Below, in pieces: positions 32,328 through 46,380 of a stretch of 64,000 nt of DNA. The notes beneath the pieces were generated by a model that was given only the letters and a program-made list of their open reading frames with translations, ran no database searches and was not told where the DNA came from. The DNA is from Ascoidea asiatica JCM 7603. Its lineage: Eukaryota; Fungi; Ascomycota. Positions within the stretch are counted from its first letter, which is position 1. Every line of letters begins with the position of its first letter. Both the position numbers and the translations under genes were made by a program. The stretch is from NCBI GenBank assembly GCA_001600695.1, contig BCKQ01000008.1, forward strand, positions 402,669-466,668, written 5' to 3'.

Positions 32328-35039
32328 TCAGAAATAAATATACGTAAAAGACAAAGAATTTCAAGAGCTTGTGATTTTTGTAGAAAAAGAAAACAAAAAT
32401 GTGATGGTAAAAATCCATGTAAAAGATGTTTATCTGAAGAATTAGTTTGTTCTTATTTTCAACCAAATAATAGAGCAAATAGATTTAAAAATAAAATTAC
32501 AAATATCAATAATAATAATATTAATAATAATAACTTATCTGAATTATCTCAAGATTTAAATCAAATTAATTCTTTATCTAATTCTATTAATAATTCAATC
32601 AATCATTCAATCAATAATCAAATAGAATCAAAAGATTTAATAAAATTTAAAAAAAATATTAAAGAATTAAATAATTCTCAAAATATTATACAACAAAATA
32701 ATAACATTTTACAAAATAACATTTTACAAAATAATAATTTACAAAATAATGATCAATTATTTAATAGAATTTCAATTATTGAAAATAAAATGTCAATTAT
32801 TGAATATTCAATTCAAAAAATTAATAATAAATTATCTATTTTAATAGATTTATCAAATTCTAATATAATCTCAAATAATCTTGATAATAATAATCTTAAA
32901 TCTAATAATTTTCAATCTAATATTAATATTGATATAAAAAGTAATATTGAAAATTTTAATTTACAAATTAAAAATAATCATTTCTCAATTCCAATTATAG
33001 ATCATGGTCATTGTCCATTTGGTTTTAAACATGTTTGTGGTAGTATATTATTACCATATTCTTTATTTAGTTCAAAAGGTTTAAATTTTATGTTAAATAA
33101 AATTAAAATTAATAATATTTCATTATTAAATAATAATATTAATAATAAAATTTCAAATTTATTATTACCTTTATATAATTGTTATAAAAAAATGACAGAT
33201 GAAATAAATTTTCAAAATAAAAATTATAGTAATATAAATAATTTATTAAATTTTGAAAATATTATTCCATTTCCAAATAAATTATTAATTAATAAACTTT
33301 TTAATAATTCAATTTATTTACCATTTCCAAAAATTTTAATTAATGATATAAAATTATTATTTGAAAATTATTTTAATAATTCAATTTCAAATTCAAATTC
33401 AAATTCAAATTCAATTTCAGATTCTGATTATTTATTAATGAATATTATTATAGTTTTAATTTCATTATTATTAAAAGATTTTTATAAATATAATAATTTT
33501 AAAAATAATTCAAAAGATAATGAATTTTTATTAAATAATAAAATTAATTTTGAAAATTTAATTAATTTTGAAAAAAATTATATTAAAAATTCTTTATATT
33601 ATTATAAAAAAATTATTTCAAATAATGAAATTAATTTAAATAAAATTCAAGGTATTTTTTTCTTAGGTATTTATAATTTATTAAAATTTAATCCAAATAT
33701 TTTTTATTTTTTAATTAAAGTTTCTTTAAATTTATCAATAAAATTAAATTTAAATAATGAAAATTATTATTTAAATAATTCAAATTTAAATTTAAATTTA
33801 AATTTAAATTCAATTGAAATTAAAAAAAGTAAAATTATTTGGTTTTTAACTTATTATTTTGAAAGATTAAATTGTTTTGGAACTGGAATTTCACCAATAA
33901 TTTTTAAAAATGAAAATAATTTAAATTTAAATAATTTTGAATTTTTAAATGAATCAAATTCATTAATTTTTTTTAATTCAATTTTAAAAATTTCAAAAAT
34001 TACAACTAAATTATTTTGTGAAAAATTAAGTTATGATAATTTTAATAATTTATCAAAAGAATATTCAAAAAATTCAATAAATGAAATTAAAAATGATTTA
34101 AATAATTGGGTTAATAATTTATTAATAAATTATAATATAAATTTAAATAAAGATTATGATAATGATAATGATAATGATAATGAAGATATGAATGATTATA
34201 ATGAAGATATGAATAAAATTAAATTAATTTATATTCATTTTATTTATAATTTACATTTATTATATATTAATCAAATTGAAGTTTTATATGAATTAAAATT
34301 TAATAAATTTCCAAGAAATGAATTAATTAATTTAAATTCTTATAAAATAATTTTAAATTGTTCAAGAAAATTAATTAAATTAATTTTAAAAATTCCAAAG
34401 AATATGATAATTTTTTTATCAATATGTTTAAATTTTTATTTAATATCATTTACAACATTATTAATAAATATTATAGAATATCCATTTTATAAAGAAAGTT
34501 TAAAAGATTTAAAATTAATAATTAAATTTTTTAATAAAATTATTAATAATTCAAAATGTAAATATCATTTAATGAATGTTAAATTTACTTTTAAAAGTTA
34601 TATATTAATAATTTTTGAAATTTTAAAAAGTAATAATATTAATATTAATATTTATAATAATAATGAAAATGAAAATGAAAATGATAAAGATTTTAAATTA
34701 AATGAAATTATTATGATTGATAAAAAATCAAATGATCATAGTAATGATAATAATAATAATAATGGTAATGAGAATGGTAATGAGAATGAGAATGAGAATG
34801 AAAAGTTAGAAGTAATGGGAATTAAAGAATCTATTAAAACTTCTAATTATAATAATGTTGATAAAGATAATATATTATCAGAAGAAGAAAATATAAATTC
34901 AATTTTAAATGAAATTTTTACAGATTATTCTAAACCAAAATTTGATTTAAATGAAGAATTAATATTACTTAATTCAATTGATGGTAGTATATTTAATTCA
35001 GATATTTTTGAATTTGAATCATGTATAAGAAAAATATGA
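32217..35039 (+). CDS. Zn(II)2Cys6 transcription factor with fungal-TF middle domain
   Basis: RISRACDFCRKRKQKCDGKNPCKRCLSEELVCSY; IIWFLTYYFERLNCFGTGISP. Confidence 0.9.
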
Positions 35040-35057
35040 ATATTGTATTTATATTTA

Positions 35058-35106
35058 TCTTCATATCATCTTCATATCATCTTCATATCATCTTCATATC
35101 ATCTTC
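35058..35106. repeat. 11-bp tandem repeat (TCTTCATATCA) x4
   Basis: Directly visible. Confidence 0.8.
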
Positions 35107-35562
35107 AATTTAACTGACTTCAGAGTGATTATAATGATTATTCCTATATTTGAATTCCCATCAAATGTCTCATCTCATCTCATCTCATCTCATCTTACAG
35201 AAAGAGAAAACAACTTCAAAACCAACTCCAAATTCAAAATCAGTTTCAAAATCATCAAAAGGCAAAAATGTGACCACGGAAGGATGTGTGCCGAGTTCCG
35301 TTTTTGTGATCCGCTGAACGGGAACTTTTTGCCCGCTACCCGTGAAATCCGCGCCGGATATGTGAATCCGGCACTTCCGAGCCGTGGAAGTTCAATTTTC
35401 TACTTTCGTTCCGATTCAAACCAAAAGAAACATTTCAAAGCTTTAATAAAAGTATTTAAGAGGAATTGATTGTTTCATAAAGATTATTTAATATTCAAGT
35501 TAATTGATAACTTAGTCTTTATTATATTATAAGAACTTGCATTATAATAATAAAAAAAAATA

Positions 35563-36942
35563 ATGTTTTCTTGGGGTTTTAGAGGAACTGTATCTAGATT
35601 TAATTCTGAAGATACAATAAAATTTCCATTAAAAGAAAAAGAAAATGAAAATGAAGAAGTTAATGATCAAATTGATGATGAAACTAATTTAATTCCATTT
35701 AGTAAACTTGTTGATCAAATAAATTCATTTAAAAATAATTCTAAATTTTATTTAAATCCATTTTTATTTAATGGTACTTTACAAACTTTATATTTAGGTA
35801 CTCATGATTTTTCAAAAGATAATCAAATTTATTATGGTAGAAAAATTTTAATTTCTTTAGATAATAAAAGTATAACTTCTATTGATTATGTTTTATCAAA
35901 TCCAAATTTATCAAATGATGAATTTATAATTTTAGAAAAAAAAACTCATCCAAAAAATTGGCCAAGATTACATCCAAGAACAAGATTTTTAAATGATTTT
36001 GAAATTAAAGAATTTGAAAAATCTAATAATGATTTTAAACCAATTTTAATTATATGTCATGGTTTAGGTGGTGGATCTCATGAACCAATAATTAAAAAAC
36101 ATGTTGAAAATTATTTTAATTTAAATATTTTTTCTCAAATTATTATTTTACATTCAAGAGGTTGTGGTAGAACAAAAATTTCAACACCTGAATTATTTTG
36201 TGGTTTATCAACAGATGATTTAAGAAAATTAATTTTAAATTTAAAAAAAAATTTTAAAAATAGACCAATTTTTATTATTGGTTTTAGTTTTGGTTCAGTA
36301 ACTTTAATAAATTATTTAGGTAAATATATTGGTTTTAAAAAAAATGGAATTTCATTTGCAATTACTATTGGTAATCCATGGGATATGGTTGATTCAAGTT
36401 ATCATATACAAAATAATTTATCTGGTAAATATTTATTTTCACCTTTAATTACAAAATTTTTATTTAAATTAATTAAAAATAATTTTAATGAATTAAAAAA
36501 AATTAATAATAAAAATATAATTAATGAAGAAAATTTAAAAATTATACCAAATTCAATAATTGAATTTGATGAATTATTTACTTGTAAATTTTTTAAATTT
36601 CAAACAGTTTTTGATTATTATAGATTATCATCACCTGTAAATAGAATTAAAAAAATTAAAACTCCATTATTATCATTTAATTCAATTGATGATCCTGTTA
36701 TTGGAATTAATTTACCAATAAAAGAATTTAAAAAAAATCCATATTGTATTTTAATTAGTACAAATTTAGGTGGACATCTTGCATGGTTAAAAAATAATAA
36801 TGAATCTTGGTTAGTTAATGAAATTGGTAATTTATTTAAAAATATGATTAAAAATATTAATTTTTCAAAAAAATTAAATGATAATAATTATGAATATAAA
36901 AAATCTATTTTTGAACAAGAAGAAAATGAAAATGAAATTTAA
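35563..36942 (+). CDS. EHT1: Medium-chain acyl-CoA:ethanol acyltransferase/esterase, EHT1/EEB1 family
   Basis: LFNGTLQTLY, PRLHPRTRFL, HGLGGGSHE, GFSFG nucleophile elbow, DDPV, GGHLAW. Confidence 0.88.
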   Translation: MFSWGFRGTVSRFNSEDTIKFPLKEKENENEEVNDQIDDETNLIPFSKLVDQINSFKNNSKFYLNPFLFNGTLQTLYLGTHDFSKDNQIYYGRKILISLDNKSITSIDYVLSNPNLSNDEFIILEKKTHPKNWPRLHPRTRFLNDFEIKEFEKSNNDFKPILIICHGLGGGSHEPIIKKHVENYFNLNIFSQIIILHSRGCGRTKISTPELFCGLSTDDLRKLILNLKKNFKNRPIFIIGFSFGSVTLINYLGKYIGFKKNGISFAITIGNPWDMVDSSYHIQNNLSGKYLFSPLITKFLFKLIKNNFNELKKINNKNIINEENLKIIPNSIIEFDELFTCKFFKFQTVFDYYRLSSPVNRIKKIKTPLLSFNSIDDPVIGINLPIKEFKKNPYCILISTNLGGHLAWLKNNNESWLVNEIGNLFKNMIKNINFSKKLNDNNYEYKKSIFEQEENENEI

Positions 36943-37525
36943 TTTTTTATATTATCTTACAAATTTTTTTAAATAACTTTTTTTTTTCTTTAATTCACTT
37001 AAAATTTTATATCTTTAATTTCACCAATTATATATTTACTCTGATTTTGGAGTGATGATTGTAGTTCAAATGAAATATTTAATTAAAACTTCATTCCATT
37101 CATTAATTTTAAATAAAATAGATAATAAATAAATATGAGGAGAGTAGAAAGTTCTATGTTTGAAAAATGATCTTTTTCTCAAAAATTTAGTATCTAAAGT
37201 TTTTTTATTAATATAAAGATTTGACATTGGATTCTGATTCAGAATTTTCTTCAAAAGGTCAAGATGAATTTGAATTCCAATAGAACTCCCCAAAGGTTCA
37301 ATCGATTTTCCTAGGATCACAAATATTTTATCTTAGATGTAGATATTCAAATTTGGAATAAATTAATTTCAAAATCAAGAGATCAATGATGAAAAGTATC
37401 TAATTGAATTGGAAGTGAGTAAAATAAAAAAATGTAACAAAATAAGTTTTATTATTATCATTACTTGAAAATGATATTTATATACATATATGATTAAATT
37501 AAATTGATGAAATTAAAATTTTTTT

Positions 37526-37951
37526 TTAATGATTAATTATTAATTTATTACCAGGTTCCCAATTTTTTATAACATTTTTAATATTTGACCAATATTTTAA
37601 ATAAATTGTTTCTTTAATAGCTTTAATAAATAAATTTTTTAAAATTAAATTATTTTTTTCATTATAAATTTTTAAATAAATTTTATTTAAATTTAATTCT
37701 GAAATTTTAATTCTATTATTATTTTGAATATTTAAATTATTAATTTCAGATTCTAAATTTGAATTTTCTAAATCTTCATAAATTTCATATATTTTTAATA
37801 AATCTTCAGTATTTAAATCATTATTATTATTATCATTAATTAAATCTATATTATTTAATAATAAATAATGTTGTGATCTTGTTAATGGATTTTTTAAAGA
37901 TTCATAAGCTTTATTTAATAAAGAAGATTTATATTCAATATCCATTTCTTG

Positions 37952-37986
<35 letters not shown>

Positions 37987-38257
37987 TTAAATTTCTAAGT
38001 ATATCAGGATGATATAAAGATTGTAATTTCATATATTCATTTCTTAAAGATTTTAAATTAATTATAAATTTATCATTTGGTAAACCACCATTTGGAAATG
38101 TTTTTGGAAATATTTTAAAAAAATTAATTTGTTTATTATTTTGAATATTATTAATTGAAAAAAATCTTTTAAGATGATTATATGGATTTGGATTTGGATT
38201 TGGATTTGAAATTGAAATTGAAATTGATATAATTGAATATAATCTGATTTTAAACAT
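37526..38257 (-). CDS. JAC1: Mitochondrial Fe-S co-chaperone (HscB)
   Basis: J domain LRNEYMKLQSLYHPD, SSLLNKAYESLKNPLTRSQHYL, LKYWSNI..NWEPG. Confidence 0.92.
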
Positions 38258-38653
38258 GTTTAATGATTATTCATATGAATTGAACCTAAATGAATGTTAT
38301 TGAATGAATTATTTCTCGCATTTTCCTGTATTAATTTCATCTCACCTTCTTTTAAATCATTTCTTTGACCTTTTTTTTTTTATTTTTTTGTTATTTTTTT
38401 TTATTTTCTTAAAATTTACCCTCACCGCCACACCACACGCCACAACAAGTGACTGCGCCTGTTTCACCAACCTCACGTCCCGGTTAGTCCATGGCTGTGC
38501 AATGTGGCTGTGCTTCTCCTATTTGAAGAAAACAAAAAAGAGAAAAGCAAAAGAAAGAGACAAAGAAGATAAAAAGAAGATAAAAAGAAGATATGAGATA
38601 TAAAGATGTAAGATATAAAGAAGATAGATGAATTAAATGAATTAGATCATATA

Positions 38654-38703
38654 AGATAGACAGATAGACAGATAGACAGATAGACAGATAGACAGATAGA
38701 TAG
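38654..38703. repeat. (GATAGACA)n simple repeat
   Basis: Directly visible in the divergent JAC1/Zn-cluster intergenic region. Confidence 0.8.
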
Positions 38704-38963
38704 TTCATCTTTAGCAGCTACTGATTATAATATATCAGACAAGTGGCTTCTTTTTCCATTTATCTGACAGCAGAGTATTATAATAGATAATAGATAACAG
38801 ATAATAGATAATATAAAATATTAAAGGTTATAAACTATTGGTTTATAAAGATTACTGTGTCAAGACTCTTGATTTAATCTTGGTAAAAGTTGTATAAAAT
38901 TAATTGATATTTTCTGGATTTAGCAAAAGAACCAAAATTTAGGTCTAAGATTTAATCATCATC

Positions 38964-39015
38964 ATGAATATTTCTCAAGATAATAGTAGTAATGGTAATA
39001 CTATTACTATTCCAA

Positions 39016-39050
<35 letters not shown>

Positions 39051-41918
39051 TTAAAAAATTCAATAAGCTCAAATTCAAGCTCAAATTCAAGTTCAAATTC
39101 AAGTTCAAGTTCAAGTTCAAATTCAAATTCAATTAAAAAACAATCAGTTTCAATTTCAATACCAAATTCCAATTCCAATTCAAAATCAAAATCAAAATCA
39201 AAATCAAAATTAAAATCAAAATTAAATACTCAATCAAAATCAAAAAATAAAAGAAAACCTTGTGATGCATGTTCTGTAAGAAGAATAAAATGTATTATAG
39301 AAATTAATAATAATAATATTTGTAATCAATGTTTAAAACATAATATACCTTGTACAAATAAAAGACAAAGAAAACAAACTAATAGAAGATTAAATGATAA
39401 AACTAGACAAAAAATTGTAAATAAACAATTTAATAATAAACCTTTAATTCAATCAAATTTTAATATTAATAATAATAATAATAATAATTCTAATAATTCT
39501 AATAGTATTAATAATAGTGATAATGATTTAAATAATAGTGATAATAATAATAATAATAATAATTTACCAATTTCAACTGTTAAAAAAAATTTAATTCCAT
39601 TAGAAAAATTCTTACCACATTTAATAACTTATAAAAATGATTTATATACTTCATGGCCAATATTATCAATTGATGATGAAATTTTACCAATTTTAAAAAA
39701 TGATATAATTTTAAATAAACCTTCAAATTTATATATAATGATTTGTTCATTATCTGCAATAATTTCAAAAAAATTAGATTCTGAATTTAATAAATATATT
39801 TCAAATAATAATAAAAAAAAAATTCCAAATTTAAATCAATCTTTAAATTTTTATCTTAATGAAGTTTTAATTCATCAATCAAATTTAAATTCTTCAATTG
39901 ATAATAATTATGATTTATATTCTTTATTAACTTCTTATTTTCTTTATATTTATTATTATTATAATGATATTGAAAATACTAAATTTAAAGGTATTTGTTA
40001 TTTAAGAAAAGCAATCACCATTTCTCAATTTTTAAAATTAGATTCTCCTTCAAATTATATAAATATTTCTTTAAAAAAAAAACATCAATTAAGTAAAATT
40101 TATTATTTATTATTTATTTCTGAAAGATATAGATCAATTGATGATTCAATTCCACCAGTTTTAGAAGCTTCAATACCTTTACCACAAATTACTTTAGAAA
40201 AATTTCCTTCAAAAGTTTATGGTTTTTTTAAATCAATTGAAATTTTATCAAAACCAGATAAAATTTTTTTTGATTCTTGGAAAAATTTATCAAATAATTT
40301 ACCAATTTCTTTAACTTTAAATAATTCAATTAATATTAAAAATTGGGTTTCAAATTTACAATTTCAATTATCAAAAAATTTTTATAATATTTCAACTCCA
40401 AATTTTGAAAAATTAGATATAATTATAACTCAAAATTGGTTAAAAGCTTTAATTTGGCAAATTTCTTCAAAAGTTCCAAATTTATTATTAAATCCATTTA
40501 TTTTAAATATAGATTCTAATTTAAATACAAATTCTAATATTAACTCAGATTTTTTAAAATTAGATTATCCTTTTAAAATTATGAAATCTTTAATTATTGA
40601 AATTCAATATATTCAATATGAATGTTTTAGATTATTTGGTAAAAGATTTGTATTATGTTTAATGCAAATTATTAATACTTTTGTTGATGCTTATTTTAAT
40701 TTATCTTCATTTTTAAAAAAAATTATGGATAATAATTATTCAAAATTTATAAAAATTATTAATATTTTAATAAATTATTATCAATATTTATTAACTGGTA
40801 TAAATTTAGTTAGAAAATTAATTGATTATAAAACAATTGGTGCAAATGTTTTAAATACATGGTTATCAATTCAGAAAAGAGAAAAATTAATGGAAAAAGA
40901 ATTATCATCTTTTAAATTAAATGAGGATTTAACAAAAATTAATAATAATTACGATATTAATAATATTAATAATATTAGTAATATTGATAATGTTGATAAT
41001 ATTGATAATATTGATAATATTGATAATTCTAAAATTTTATGTGATGATTTTAAACTTTTTTCAAAAGAAAATGAAGATTTTATTGAACAAATTGATCTTA
41101 ATGTTGATAATGATTTTAGAAATAGAACTGTTGATGATTCATTTACTTCTGATATTAAGAATATTGTTTTAAGTGTTTTTGGAGAAAATTATAGTCCAGG
41201 AAAATCATTTTCTAATATATCTACAGATACTACTCCTAATCTGACTGTTAATGATCAATGTATCAATAATGATAATTTTAATAATAATAATATTATTAAT
41301 AATACTTTAGATAGTATCAATAATGATTTGACTAATAATAATATTATTGATTCTTATAATAATATTAACATTGAGGAGAATATAAATGGTTTAGATTTAA
41401 ATTTCATTGGTGCTGATAACATTTTTCCTGACATTACTAATATCACTTCAAATGATAACAATATTAATAACAATAACATTAATTTCAATAATAATATAAA
41501 TTTTAATAATAATATCAATTTCAATAATAATATTAGTTATAATAATAATATTACTAATTACAATAATAATTTAAATACACTTAATTATTCAAATATAAAC
41601 TTTCAAAATAATGATTCAAATAATAATGTAAATGATACATTTTCTAATAATATTCCTAATGTGATTATAAGTCGAAATAATTTAAATGATAATTCAACAA
41701 GTAATTTATTACCAATAGATAATTTTTCATTATTAAATAATGAAGAATCTTATAATTCAAATAATGATAATTCATCACTTCCATTTACTAATGATTTTCT
41801 TTCAATAATATCAAGTAATGTTAATTCTAGTAGTGGAGTTTCAGATATGCAGTCTTGGAGTGGTGGTGAATATAGTGCGACTGATTATGAATCATTTTCA
41901 GAACAAGATATCAATTGA
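38964..41918 (+). CDS. Zn(II)2Cys6 transcription factor, MAL-activator/SUC1/AmyR-like
   Basis: CDACSVRRIKC..CNQCLKHNIPCT; LYTSWPIL, YLRKAITISQ, YYLLFISERY, DIIITQNWLKALIWQ. Confidence 0.8.
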
Positions 41919-42336
41919 CATTGACATTGACATTGATATTGATATTGATATTGATTAACCTTTTCTTTTTACTTATTTTTATTGATTTTTAATGATTATT
42001 TCTTATTTTCTTTTATTAAATTCCTTTTTTATAATTATTCTTTCTGTTCATTTAATTCATTTTTATTTCTTTTGTTTATCTTGTGATTATTTTTTGGTTT
42101 TGCGTTTTTAATTTTTTTCAATTTCTTCTTGATTGTTTTATGTTTTTGATAATTTTTATTATTAGATAATTTCTTACTATTATTACTATTATTATTACTA
42201 TTATTATTATTATTATTATTATTATATGCCCTATTTAGATATGAATATTTACCCAGTTACCTATAAATATATATATATATATATATAAACTGATTGTTTC
42301 TTTCCCCCTTGTAAGCTTTCGAATATCAGTAACTTA

Positions 42337-43125
42337 TTATTTGAAATAATCATTAATTTTAACATCATCACCATTAACTAAAGGAATAATTTTCTTCTTG
42401 AAATCTTTGATATTATTTTTATTAACGTTATTAATATAACTTACAATAAATTCTGCAACATCATCTCTATAAATTGAGATTTTTTGATTTCCAAGTTTTT
42501 GATTTTCATTATTTTTAAAACTATTTAAAACATCATTAACTTTATTTGGATTTAAAATTAATCCTAAACCCTTTTCACCATCAATTAACATTCCAGGTTG
42601 TACAATTAAATAATTTTTTAAATTTGAATTAATTAAAATTAAATCAGAAGTTCTTTTTGCAATATAATAATTTCTTAAACTTGTATTCCACCAAAAGTTT
42701 CTATTCATTGATTCAATTGCACTAACAAGTATAAAATTATCAACTTTAAGATTTTCAGAAACTTCAATTAATTTAATTACAGAATCTAAATCAACAGTGA
42801 AAATATTTTCAATACTTTTACCACCAGCACCTGCAGAAAATATTATATTTGTTTCAATAGTCTCATTATTATTTGAATTATCAATTGAAATGATTTCTTT
42901 AATTGTTGATTCATATTTCTCAATTGAATTTTCAATTAAATCAAATTTTTTATAATTTAAATTATTATAAATATTAATTGAATTAAAATCTTTTGGAATT
43001 TGATTTAAATCTCTAATAAAACCCCAAACTTGATAATTTTTAAAATTTGAAAATTTATTCATTAATTTTTTACCAATATTACCATTGGCACCAATTATAA
43101 TGATTTTTTTTGTTATTTTATTCAT
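42337..43125 (-). CDS. NAD(P)-binding Rossmann protein, YMR090W-like atypical SDR
   Basis: IIGANGNIGK, IIFSAGAGGK..FTVDLD, LRNYYIAK, IYRDDVA. Confidence 0.85.
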   Translation of the reverse strand: MNKITKKIIIIGANGNIGKKLMNKFSNFKNYQVWGFIRDLNQIPKDFNSINIYNNLNYKKFDLIENSIEKYESTIKEIISIDNSNNNETIETNIIFSAGAGGKSIENIFTVDLDSVIKLIEVSENLKVDNFILVSAIESMNRNFWWNTSLRNYYIAKRTSDLILINSNLKNYLIVQPGMLIDGEKGLGLILNPNKVNDVLNSFKNNENQKLGNQKISIYRDDVAEFIVSYINNVNKNNIKDFKKKIIPLVNGDDVKINDYFK

Positions 43126-43416
43126 TTTTATTATATATTTATTTCTTATTTCAACCAGATATTAACAAAAGAATCAAAAGAATCAAAAGAATAAAGCAAA
43201 TGGACAAGAAAAGAGCAGAAAAAGTTGATTGTTAAGCACTCCATTAAATGAAAACAAGGAAAAAGTGGCTAAACTGTTCAAATGAAGTAATTTAAAAGTG
43301 GCGCCATGAGGCTGATCAAAATTAAATTGCGGGTAAAAAAGACCCGTATACGAAAACGGATAAACACTAGCCGTTTACCGTTTTAATCAGCCACTTATAT
43401 TTGAGCCACATATTTC

Positions 43417-43502
43417 CTGATTGGTCTCACCCGCCACATTACTTTTTTTTTTTCTTAAAATTTGAGCAATTTCAAAAATATTTTTTTTTTTTTTTGACGT
43501 CA
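43417..43502. promoter_or_regulatory. CCAAT box and CRE (TGACGTCA) upstream of the Rossmann gene
   Basis: CTGATTGG near 43417; TGACGTCA at 43495-43502. Confidence 0.4.
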
Positions 43503-44334
43503 CAAGCAATAAAATAGCCTGAAAAATTAAAATGATGGTAATTAAATAAGTTTATGAAATAGTTAAAAAATAATTTATTATGAGTTTGAAATATTTAAGA
43601 TTGAAAAGAGATATAGGTAAATTCAGATATATATAAGTTATTATATGTTTGGAATTGAGATATACCCTTTTTTGAAAAGTAAATAAAAAAGGAAACACAA
43701 AAGGGAAAACGAAAAATTTAAAGGACAATTATCGAATTCAATAAAGAATCTAAATAAATAATTAATTAAATCATTAATGATTTATTAAAAAACTTTAAAG
43801 AAATATCGACAAGGATAGTAGGAAAGGAAAATAAAGGTTAATAATAGTTTTTTTTTTTGTTTTTTTTAAATTTTTTTTTGAAAGATTTTTGGTTTTGATT
43901 TCGAAATTGATAATTGATATATGTTTTTTTGTTGATGTTTTTTGAATTTTTTTTTTGGTAAACAATAAATAGATAAATAAAGTAAGTAAATAAATAAAAA
44001 GTAGTTAAAACGTGTTAAAAAAAAAAAGGAATAAAAACAGAAATTGAAAAAAATATTGAAAAATAAAAAGGACAAAAAAGTAAATTGATAAAGTAAAAAT
44101 AAATAAGTTAAAAGAGTAAACAAGTAATAAATAGTAAACAAAAAAAAAGTAAAAAAGCTAACAATAAATTAGTTAAGATATTTAAGATTAAACAAAAAAG
44201 GAAAAATAAAAATAAAAATAAAAATAAAAATAAAACAAGCTAATTTTTGGATTTTAATTAAGAGAGACAAAAAGAGAGAGAGAGAGAGAGAGAGAAAAAA
44301 AAAAAAATAACTAGATAGCTTAAAACTAACAATT

Positions 44335-45528
44335 CTATTCATTTGATTGATTTTCAGAGGAAATAACAGATTGTTCATTATCTTGATTAGAAATATTACT
44401 ATTACTAATACTACCTGTATTACTACTTGGATTTGAAGAAGGTTGTTGTTGTTGAATTTGTTGTTGTTGAATACGTCTTTGTTTTTCTCTTTCAGCTTGT
44501 TTAAATAAAAGATTTAAAGCTTTTTGAACATTAAATTTATTACCAGATAATTTAAATAATCTTTCATTATTTGAATCATCATTTTCCGCAATCGTTATTT
44601 GACATTTTGATTTATTTCTAATTTCTTTAATTCTTAAACCTTTTTTACCAATTAAACATCCAACAATATCACTTGGAAATGAAACATTTTCAATAATTTG
44701 ATTTGAATCATCATTATCTTGAGAATTATTATTATTATTATTATTATTGAAATCATCATCGGAATTATTTGAATAATTATTCTGTTGTCTATTACCATTT
44801 ATATTACTCTGATTATTGTTGTTGTTATTATTCTGGTTATTATTATGCAGATTATTATTATTATTATTATTTCGGTTATTATTATTATTGTTATTATTAT
44901 TATTATTATTATGATTATTTTGTTGTCTTGATTGAGGTACATAATATAAAGTACCAGTTGCATTATGCCAATCTTCTATTAAATATTTTGAAATAACTTT
45001 ACAAGCTTCAGATATATTTTTTGGAGTACCTTGAATTTCAAGTACTCTTTCAGTTGAATTTGGTAAAAAATCTTTTGAAGCAACCATTATAACATTATAA
45101 TCAGATTGTAAAGATTTAATTCTATTACCTTGTTTACCAATTAAAGTACCCATTTGAGAATGTGGAATCATTAATCTTAAAGTTAAATCAATTGAATTTT
45201 CTTTTAACATTGGACATAATGGTTTTATTGGAAAATTATATTGATGTTGTTGTTGATAAATATGAAAAGAATTTGGATCTAAATTATAAGATTCTAATAA
45301 TACAATTGAAAATAAATTTATTGAATCAGAAACTGAATTTACAGGACCTGAAATTGTTAAAATTCTATCAGAACAACCTGGTACTAATTTTGATATACCA
45401 GCTTTAACATTAGTTTTATTTCTAACATTTTCAACACATTCACCATTTTTACCTATAATAATTCCAGCTTCTTTAAAAGTAATTAAAAGTCTAAATGAGA
45501 TCATTGACATTGAAGAATCGATTTCCAT
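44335..45528 (-). CDS. HEK2: Three-KH-domain RNA-binding protein
   Basis: GIIIGKNG, GTLIGKQG..VASKDFLPNSTER, GCLIGKKG. Confidence 0.85.
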   Translation of the reverse strand: MEIDSSMSMISFRLLITFKEAGIIIGKNGECVENVRNKTNVKAGISKLVPGCSDRILTISGPVNSVSDSINLFSIVLLESYNLDPNSFHIYQQQHQYNFPIKPLCPMLKENSIDLTLRLMIPHSQMGTLIGKQGNRIKSLQSDYNVIMVASKDFLPNSTERVLEIQGTPKNISEACKVISKYLIEDWHNATGTLYYVPQSRQQNNHNNNNNNNNNNNNRNNNNNNNLHNNNQNNNNNNNQSNINGNRQQNNYSNNSDDDFNNNNNNNNSQDNDDSNQIIENVSFPSDIVGCLIGKKGLRIKEIRNKSKCQITIAENDDSNNERLFKLSGNKFNVQKALNLLFKQAEREKQRRIQQQQIQQQQPSSNPSSNTGSISNSNISNQDNEQSVISSENQSNE

Positions 45529-46380
45529 TTTTAATTTAAAATTGTGATATGATTGTGATATAATGGAATTGAATTGAATTGAATTAATTGAAATGAAATG
45601 AAATGAGATATAAACAAGTAAATAAGATAATTTTATAATAATATATATATATATATATATGGATATTTAAGTATATACTATAATATAATTAAGAATAAAT
45701 TGAAAATTAAAAGAAGAAACAATAAGATTTTATATAATTGGAATCTTTTCAATATTTAATAGAATATAATAATAAATTGAATTGAATTGAATTGAATTAT
45801 GATTATGATTATGATTATGATTATGATTATTATTATTATTATTAGAATTATTATTTTAATATTAATAAATTGAGTAAAATGATAATTTAATATAATACGT
45901 ATTGAGATGGAGTGGTACGCTAGTAGTATTTTAACAAACAATTCAATTCTTTCTGCCAATGCTATGAAAAGTGGAATATTTTTTTTATTATTGCACTCCA
46001 CGCAAGCAGATTTGATTTCAAGGGCAATTGCTGCGAAAATGTTTCAGTGTTCTCAGCGCGGGAAAAGCAGGCACGGACGCGGACGGAAACAGCCGGATTA
46101 GTAAGCGGATAAAATGCACGGAAATTTAAACAAAGAGCCCTAAAAATAACAAAAACAGGGTAACAATATCAATGCCACGTGACAAGGGCTTTAACAAAAC
46201 CCACTACTGTGGTAGTATCGCTGTTCTGGATTTATAAGAACCCTGCGTGTATGTACACAGCCCTGCATTTGCAAATGATATACAATTTTATAAACTTATT
46301 TCAAGATATTCTAAAGTTATACTGTATTTATTATCTGATTGAATTGTAAATTTACCTTACTTCAAGAAAATCCACCACCA